This document shows positions 1-4,734 of a DNA stretch of 4,734 nucleotides, in pieces; within the stretch, counting starts at the first letter, position 1; each line of letters starts with the position of its first letter. Position numbers and translations under genes: made by a program. The notes below the pieces were generated by a model that ran no database searches, was not told the origin of the DNA, and saw only the letters and a program-made list of their open reading frames with translations. The stretch is from a virus (lineage: Duplodnaviria; Heunggongvirae; Uroviricota; Caudoviricetes). The stretch is from IMG/VR virus record IMGVR_UViG_2778261417_000009. One strand, written 5' to 3'.

Positions 1-40
1 CCACGGGAATATCTGCGGCAGCGGGCTTGTAATGGGTTAA

Positions 41-553
41 GTGATAACAGATGTCTGGAAATATAGGGGCAAATCCAATAGTGCAGGAAAGTTACGCTAT
101 TCGTTTAAGGAGGTTTCAGCAGTAAGCCTGAATGGTGTTGCCGGAGGTAACGGTTTTTGTATCGACAGTTTTGATATTCAGTTCGATAACAAACTCCAGA
201 CACAGCGTTGTATCGGGACTGGCTCGCCTTATGCAGGAGCAAATATTCCGACTACTTTTACACCGTCCGGTACGGTGACGCTTTCATGGTCTAAAGCCGC
301 GTGGGAAATCTGGAGTAAAACACTGACTGGAGAAACAGTTCCGTTCAGCTTCACGCTTTCGAATGGAGAGGGGGCATACACTTTCAGTTTCCCGAAGGTT
401 CAGGTGTCAGGTGAATGGCCTGATGGGGGTAATACTGACATTATCCAGGTTCAATTGAGCATTACCGCAGCAGATGAAGCACCTACGATAACCAGAAAAA
501 AATGCTCCCCGACTGCCGTGATCGCAAAAGCCAGTGCTGATGCGATTAGTTGA
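41..553 (+). CDS. Candidate major tail (tube) protein, ~170 aa; start codon uncertain (GTG at 41 immediately after an in-frame TAA at 38-40)
   Basis: Open frame 41-553 from the six-frame track. Position immediately upstream of the chaperone and tape measure genes matches the conserved order major tail protein - chaperone - tape measure. The Gly/Ser/Thr-rich, beta-strand-like composition (e.g. GTVTLSWSKAAWEIWSKTLTGETVPFSFTLSNGEGAYTFSFPKVQVSGEW) fits small tail tube proteins. No internal Met exists, so the start must be GTG 41 or another non-ATG codon, with no clear Shine-Dalgarno upstream. The call rests on synteny, not on recognised motifs. Confidence 0.5.
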   Translation: MITDVWKYRGKSNSAGKLRYSFKEVSAVSLNGVAGGNGFCIDSFDIQFDNKLQTQRCIGTGSPYAGANIPTTFTPSGTVTLSWSKAAWEIWSKTLTGETVPFSFTLSNGEGAYTFSFPKVQVSGEWPDGGNTDIIQVQLSITAADEAPTITRKKCSPTAVIAKASADAIS

Positions 554-565
554 TTTTCCGTTATT

Positions 566-592
566 CCCCCTGTGGTACTGCACTACAGGGGG
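566..592 (+). promoter_or_regulatory. Strong hairpin (11-bp stem, 5-nt loop) in the tube-chaperone intergenic region, overlapping the chaperone Shine-Dalgarno
   Basis: CCCCCTGTGGT (566-576) pairs with ACTACAGGGGG (582-592) with one G-U pair; loop ACTGC (577-581). No U-tract follows on either strand, so it is not a typical intrinsic terminator. The 3' arm contains the GGGGG that is the only Shine-Dalgarno candidate for ATG 602. Confidence 0.4.
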
Positions 593-601
593 ACGCATTG
601 A

Positions 602-1063
602 ATGAGGTTATGGATGTTTATTCTTAATCAGAAAATTATCACCGGTGGAGAACGCTGGTTTACGCCAATGAAGGACTTAAAACCTGTAGACGGGTTAAAA
701 CTGTTGGTGGCAAGCAGCGATAACGATCAGTATCGCTCCCGTAATGCATTAATCCGTCGTCACATTGAGAAAATGGATGCCAGTTTGCACGTCGGAACGA
801 AGGAGTTTGATATTTCAAAGGTTTCCGAGGTAGATTCTGTTGATGATTTACTCATTGATAATGCCGCTCGTTATCTGCTGAAAGACTGGAAAGGGGTTGG
901 TGAACTGGTTAATGGTGCTGAGGTTGCACTGGAATATACGCCAGAACGAGGGATCGCGCTGCTTAAGCAGAATCCAGAGTTGTACTGGCAGATCCTTGCA
1001 GAAGCAGCCAGCATCGCCCAGGGTAAAGAGCAGCAGAAGCAGGATACGATAAAAAAGCCATAG
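602..1063 (+). CDS. Tail assembly chaperone, short (zero-frame) product, lambda gpG analogue
   Basis: 153-aa ORF lying between the candidate tube gene and the tape measure gene. It ends in TAG at 1061-1063, one codon after a canonical slippery heptamer, with an overlapping open -1 frame. Purine-rich Shine-Dalgarno (GGGGG, 588-592) sits 9 nt upstream of ATG 602. Alternative starts at ATG 614 and ATG 668 cannot be excluded. Confidence 0.7.
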   Translation: MRLWMFILNQKIITGGERWFTPMKDLKPVDGLKLLVASSDNDQYRSRNALIRRHIEKMDASLHVGTKEFDISKVSEVDSVDDLLIDNAARYLLKDWKGVGELVNGAEVALEYTPERGIALLKQNPELYWQILAEAASIAQGKEQQKQDTIKKP

Positions 1064-1371
1064 CCGCCCAGCGGTGGTTATCGGAGTTCGGGGGAGAAAG
1101 GGGGGAAAAGGCAAGATGGAAGCGAGAAAAACTCAGGTTGCCACCGATACCGGAACCAGAAATAGACCCGGTGCTTAAGGAATTGTTGTACGCCTATTCG
1201 GTAATATCCCGTGCCCGACGTTATGCTGGAATGACCGGGGTGCCTTTGCCTTTATCTCTGACAGAGATAAATGAATATTTAGCCACTCATCCGGTATTGA
1301 TTGAGCGCGATGAGTTTGAAGCAGTGATCTTTGCACTGGATGACCAGTATTTTCAGGAGCAGTGTGTGTAG
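602..1371 (+). CDS. Tail assembly chaperone, long product made by -1 programmed ribosomal frameshift at 1051-1057 (lambda gpGT analogue); predicted ~256 aa (152 aa zero frame + 104 aa from the -1 frame, 1057-1371)
   Basis: The zero-frame codons AAA (1052-1054) and AAG (1055-1057) sit in the heptamer A AAA AAG (1051-1057). The -1 frame is open from 1027 to the TAG at 1369-1371. The only start the ORF track finds for this frame is a TTG at 1138 with no Shine-Dalgarno, so independent translation is unlikely. The arrangement matches the conserved chaperone frameshift found upstream of tape measure genes in long-tailed phages. Confidence 0.6.
1051..1057 (+). other. -1 programmed ribosomal frameshift slippery heptamer A AAA AAG
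   Basis: Read directly from the sequence: ...ACG ATA AAA AAG CCA TAG in the chaperone frame. The heptamer is identical to the classic E. coli dnaX slippery sequence. An AGGA (1041-1044) lies 6 nt upstream and a short GC-rich stem (about 1063-1077) begins about 6 nt downstream; both are possible stimulators. Confidence 0.65.
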
Positions 1372-1494
1372 TTGTTAATTACGTACACTCTGTTACAGAG
1401 ATGTGATGGTGTCTTTAATTAAATCGATGATGCTCCTGGAGAAAAGCATTGCGTGGCCTCGTAATCGCTATATCTACTATTATGTCGCCTGAAA

Positions 1495-1517
1495 CCCACT
1501 TCGGTGGGCTTTTTGTT
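1495..1517 (+). terminator. Candidate rho-independent terminator (or attenuator) immediately upstream of the tape measure gene
   Basis: CCCAC (1495-1499) / UUCG tetraloop (1500-1503) / GTGGG (1504-1508), followed by CTTTTTGTTGT (1509-1519); the upstream AAA (1492-1494) can pair with the U-tract. The stem is short (5 bp), so strength is uncertain. Confidence 0.45.
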
Positions 1518-1534
1518 GTCTGGAGTTTTAATAA

Positions 1535-4500
1535 ATGGCAGAGCAAACCTCGCGTCTCGCAATAATTATTGATAGCACTGGAGCAAAAAATAATGCTGAC
1601 AATCTGACCTCCTCATTAGTCAAAATGACGCAGGCCGGGGAAACTGCTGCAAATAGCGCAGGGAAAGTGACTAAGGCAACAGAAGATGAGAAGAACGCGC
1701 TCGCAAAATTAAAAGCAGCTATTGATCCAGTTGGTGCCGCAATTGATACTGTCGGTCGACGCTATTCTGAATTAAAGAAATTTTTCGATAAAGGGCTTAT
1801 TGATAAAGAAGAATATGAATTTCTTGTCCGTAAACTTAATGAAACCACAGAGGAATTGAGCGGGGTTGCGCAAGCGCAGAGAGAAGCCGAGAAGGCCGGA
1901 AAACTTGCTGCCGCCCAGCAGGAATCGCAGGCTCAGGCCTTTCAAAGAATGCTGGACAAGATCGACCCTCTGGTTGCGGCGCTAAGAAATCTTGAACAAC
2001 AGCAGGATGAACTTAATGCTGCGTTTGCATCCGGGAAAATAAATGGTTCTCAGTTTGAGAATTATAGCCGAAAAATACAGGAAACACGGCGAGAGCTTAC
2101 CGGAGAGGCTCAGGCAGAGCGAGAAGCAGCAAAAGCGCATGATGAACAGGTTGCTGCTTTGCAACGTCTGATTGCTCAACTTGACCCTGTCGGAACTGCT
2201 TTTAATCGTCTGGTAGAACAACAGAAACAGCTCAATGAAGCAAAAGCTAAGGGGATGCTCTCTCCTGAAATGTATGAGGAACTTTCTGGAAAACTTCGTG
2301 CTATGCGGAGTGAGCTTGAGGTTACTCAATCTCAATTAAGCAAAACCGGAATGTCGGCAAAACAAACGGCTTTTGCTATGCGCATGTTGCCTGCACAAAT
2401 GACGGATATTGTTGTTGGGTTGTCCACTGGTCAGTCGCCTTTTTTGGTGTTAATGCAGCAGGGCGGCCAGCTAAAAGATATGTTCGGTGGGATTGGCCCG
2501 GCGATCAAAGGTGTTGGTTCTTATGTGCTGGGATTAATTAATCCTTTTACCCTGGCCGCAGCAGCCGTTGGCGTCTTAGGGCTGGCTTACTATAAAGGCT
2601 CTCAGGAGCAGGACGAATTTAATAAATCTCTTATTCTTACCGGAAATCAGTTGGGGACAACCAGCGGGCAATTGGGCGATATAGCTCAACGTGCCGGGAA
2701 TGCGGCTGATTCGACAACTGGTGCTGCGGCGGCAGTATTAAATCAGCTTGTGCGTTCGGGAAAGGTAGCGAGCAGTTCGCTGGAGCAAGTGACGACAGCG
2801 ATAGTAAAAACGAGCGAAGTAACAGGAATATCAACCGAACAACTGGTTAATGACTTCAATGAAATTGCAAAGGATCCTGTCAGTGCCATATCAAAACTTA
2901 ATGATCAGTACCATTTTCTGACACTTGCGACTTATAACCAGATTAAGGCGCTACAGGATGAAGGGAACCAGCAGGAGGCCGCCCGCATTGCGACAGAAGA
3001 ATACTCATCTTCAATGATCCAGCGCACCAACCAGATTAAAGAAAATCTTGGTTATCTTGAGACTGCATGGAAAGCTGTCGCAGACTCCGCAAAATGGGCA
3101 TGGGATTCCATGCTGGATATTGGCCGTGAGGCCTCCCTTGATCAAAAAATCTCAGATGTTCTCCGTCAAATTGATGAAATAGAAAAAAATACCCGACCCG
3201 GAGTTTTCGGGTTAGGTGGCATTGGAGATGGCGGAGCTCAAAATAAAAGGCTGGCACGATTAAAGCAGCAATTGGGCGTACTTCAAGCAGAAAAAATTGC
3301 TCAGGACGTCCTAAATTCATCAATAAACGATTACAACAAGCGACAACAGGAAGGAATTGAACTCAGACAGAGAGCAGATGCCTTTTCAAAACAATATCAG
3401 ACCCGGGAGCAGCAGAGAGCTAGTGAACTTGCAAAACTGGAAAAGCTAAAGAGTCAGTATTCAAAGGAAGAATATAATAATTTTATCGCTCAAATAAATG
3501 AGCGTTATAAAGATCCAAAGCAACCAAAGGCGAAAGGTTATTCGGATGATGCTGCCCAACGAATGATTGATCATCTGAATCAACAGAATGCGTTACTAAG
3601 TTCACAAACTGAATTAACCGTTAAATTAAGTTCCTCTGAACAGGAACTGGTTAAGTGGCGTCAGCAGATTGCCGACCTGGAGTCACGACCGTCATCGAAA
3701 TTAACCCAGGATCAGAAATCGCTTCTCTTACACCGGGAAGAAATAACCGCGTTGATGGAGAAAAATGTTGCGATTGAAAAAAATAACAGGCTAATCAAGG
3801 AATCCGCCGAAATAGCTGCATGGCGTGATTCATTGCAGGCTTCGATTGATAATCGTCAACAGGGGTATGATATTCAGATTGCTGGTTATGGGGTTGGCGA
3901 TAAAAATCAGCAACGCCAGCAGGAATTACTGCGGATTGAACGTGAATATAACAATCAGCGTCTGCAACTTGAACGTGACTATGCAGATAAATCCCGTGGG
4001 ATGTCAAATCATGTTTTTCAGGAGAAAATGCAGGCTCTGAATGATGCTCTGGAACGAGAAAAAGAAATTGTCAGACAGAAAAACGAGCAGCTCGATATTC
4101 AGGCAGGAGACTGGGTTAGTGGTGCCTCCCAGGGATTCAATAACTGGCTGGATGACACTAAGGATATCAGTGAGCAGATAAAATCAACCACGACTCAGAT
4201 GTTTGATGGAATGACCGATGCGCTGGGTGATTTTGTCACGACAGGCAAGGCAAATTTTCGTTCTTTCGCTACTTCCGTGATTTCGGATCTTAGTCGAATA
4301 GCATTAAAGGCTTCAATTACTGGGATTTTCGACAGCATTAGTAACAGTTCTTCTGGGGGGATTTTAGGAACTATCGGGAGTGCTATTAGTAAATTTATTC
4401 CGAATGCAAAGGGCGGTGTTTATGAGTCTCCGTCATTGAACACGTATTCGAACGGTATTTATGATTCCCCGCAATTTTTTGCTTTTGCAAGAGGGGCTGG

Positions 4501-4609
4501 TGTTTTTGGTGAGGCTGGTCCGGAAGCCATTATGCCATTAACACGAACTTCCGATGGTTCTCTTGGTGTCAGAGCTATTAATAGTAAAAGTGGTAATGGA
4601 GGCGGGTAA
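1535..4609 (+). CDS. Tail tape measure protein, lambda gpH family, 1024 aa
   Basis: Single 3075-nt ORF with GGAG (1522-1525) 9 nt upstream of ATG 1535. The N-terminal ~270 aa are alpha-helical, Ala/Glu/Lys/Gln-rich repeats. A conserved hydrophobic block ([39 protein letters not shown]...) follows, which as I recall closely matches lambda gpH ([12 protein letters not shown]...GGQSPWLILLQQGGQVKDSFGG). Further matching blocks are [14 protein letters not shown]...WDSMLDIGR and the C-terminal TTQMFDGM...FRSF region. The product ends in a Gly-rich tail (GNGGG). Its size and position after the frameshifted chaperone are as expected for a tape measure protein. Confidence 0.93.
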   Translation: MAEQTSRLAIIIDSTGAKNNADNLTSSLVKMTQAGETAANSAGKVTKATEDEKNALAKLKAAIDPVGAAIDTVGRRYSELKKFFDKGLIDKEEYEFLVRKLNETTEELSGVAQAQREAEKAGKLAAAQQESQAQAFQRMLDKIDPLVAALRNLEQQQDELNAAFASGKINGSQFENYSRKIQETRRELTGEAQAEREAAKAHDEQVAALQRLIAQLDPVGTAFNRLVEQQKQLNEAKAKGMLSPEMYEELSGKLRAMRSELEVTQSQLSKTGMSAKQTAFAMRMLPAQMTDIVVGLSTGQSPFLVLMQQGGQLKDMFGGIGPAIKGVGSYVLGLINPFTLAAAAVGVLGLAYYKGSQEQDEFNKSLILTGNQLGTTSGQLGDIAQRAGNAADSTTGAAAAVLNQLVRSGKVASSSLEQVTTAIVKTSEVTGISTEQLVNDFNEIAKDPVSAISKLNDQYHFLTLATYNQIKALQDEGNQQEAARIATEEYSSSMIQRTNQIKENLGYLETAWKAVADSAKWAWDSMLDIGREASLDQKISDVLRQIDEIEKNTRPGVFGLGGIGDGGAQNKRLARLKQQLGVLQAEKIAQDVLNSSINDYNKRQQEGIELRQRADAFSKQYQTREQQRASELAKLEKLKSQYSKEEYNNFIAQINERYKDPKQPKAKGYSDDAAQRMIDHLNQQNALLSSQTELTVKLSSSEQELVKWRQQIADLESRPSSKLTQDQKSLLLHREEITALMEKNVAIEKNNRLIKESAEIAAWRDSLQASIDNRQQGYDIQIAGYGVGDKNQQRQQELLRIEREYNNQRLQLERDYADKSRGMSNHVFQEKMQALNDALEREKEIVRQKNEQLDIQAGDWVSGASQGFNNWLDDTKDISEQIKSTTTQMFDGMTDALGDFVTTGKANFRSFATSVISDLSRIALKASITGIFDSISNSSSGGILGTIGSAISKFIPNAKGGVYESPSLNTYSNGIYDSPQFFAFARGAGVFGEAGPEAIMPLTRTSDGSLGVRAINSKSGNGGG
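1697..2350 (+). repeat. Three tandem ~70-80-aa protein-level repeats within the tape measure N-terminus (diverged at the DNA level)
   Basis: The IDP/LDP motif recurs at residues 63-65, 143-145 and 216-218. Each unit has the pattern L-x-(K/R)-(I/L)-DP-(V/L)...G-x-I...(Y/F)-E...E-T-x-x-EL-x-G-x-AQA-x-REA-x-KA, e.g. [25 protein letters not shown]... / [25 protein letters not shown]... / [26 protein letters not shown]... Confidence 0.6.
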
Positions 4610-4734
4610 TGACTCCAACTTACTGATAGTGTTTTATGTTCAGATAATGCCCGATGACTTTGTCATGCAGCTCCACCGATTTTGAGAACGACAGCGACTT
4701 CCGTCCCAGCCGTGCCAGGTGCTGCCTCAGATTC

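Noticed and set aside
106-114. Perfect Shine-Dalgarno-like TAAGGAGGT inside the tube ORF
   Set aside because: No in-frame start codon lies 5-12 nt downstream, and the nearest ATG (132) is out of frame and opens only a short ORF. It most likely just encodes Lys-Glu-Val.
407-598. 63-aa minus-strand ORF overlapping the 3' end of the tube gene
   Set aside because: It is antisense to a well-supported + strand ORF and has no ribosome-binding site or recognisable features; typical spurious antisense ORF.
1090-1111. Purine/G-rich tract GGGGGAGAAAGGGGGGAAAAGG resembling lambda's G GGA AAG slippery site
   Set aside because: The chaperone zero frame has already terminated at 1063, and in the -1 frame the tract is not aligned as an X XXY YYZ heptamer. 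It simply encodes a Gly/Glu-rich linker (FGGERGEKA) in the frameshift extension.
848-1114. 88-aa minus-strand ORF antisense to the chaperone gene and frameshift region
   Set aside because: It lies antisense within the chaperone gene and its translation is low-complexity (Leu/Phe/Pro-rich); likely a by-product of the sense-strand codon composition.
1138-1371. 77-aa ORF called with a TTG start as an independent gene
   Set aside because: There is no Shine-Dalgarno, the start is non-ATG, and the frame is open upstream to 1027, overlapping the chaperone gene exactly where a canonical slippery heptamer sits. It is better explained as the -1 frameshift extension.
1372-1490. Possible sigma-70 promoter in the gap before the tape measure gene (TTGTTA at 1373-1378; TTGCGT at 1449-1454 with nearby TATATC, TACTAT and TATTAT)
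   Set aside because: No -35/-10 pair has proper 16-18-bp spacing with good hexamers, and a terminator-like hairpin lies immediately downstream. Not supportable from sequence alone.
1982-2335. 117-aa minus-strand ORF inside the tape measure repeat region
   Set aside because: It is antisense to the Glu/Lys/Gln-rich coiled-coil coding region, which yields a Leu/Phe/Ser-rich antisense frame; no independent support.
2637-4040. Several short ORFs inside the tape measure gene (minus 2637-2834, 3036-3323, 3795-4007; plus 3825-4040 in another frame)
   Set aside because: All are nested in or antisense to the long, conserved tape measure ORF, without start signals or recognisable motifs.
1-4734. Scan for tRNA or other RNA genes, CRISPR repeats, insertion-sequence ends or transposase, integrase and Chi sites (GCTGGTGG)
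   Set aside because: No periodic direct repeats with spacers, no tRNA-like structures, no transposase- or integrase-like ORFs and no exact Chi octamer on either strand were found by eye.

Overview
This window reads as the core of a tailed-phage tail-assembly module, all on the + strand and most likely from a lambda-like (siphovirus-type) prophage or phage of an enterobacterium. It contains a ~170-aa candidate major tail/tube protein (41-553), a tail assembly chaperone gene (602-1063) with a canonical -1 frameshift site (A AAA AAG, 1051-1057) that opens into the overlapping -1 frame as far as 1371 (lambda G/GT-type arrangement), and a 1024-aa tape measure protein (1535-4609). The tape measure carries lambda-gpH-like conserved blocks plus an N-terminal threefold ~70-80-aa coiled-coil repeat. 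I see no RNA genes, CRISPR arrays, transposase/integrase genes or convincing novel defence/toxin system. The less ordinary points are a 163-bp gap with a terminator-like hairpin just upstream of the tape measure gene, a strong hairpin that sequesters the chaperone ribosome-binding site, the repeat expansion in the tape measure, and the lack of a recognisable downstream minor tail gene. All homology statements are from reading the translations and from memory of lambda gpH; no database search was run.
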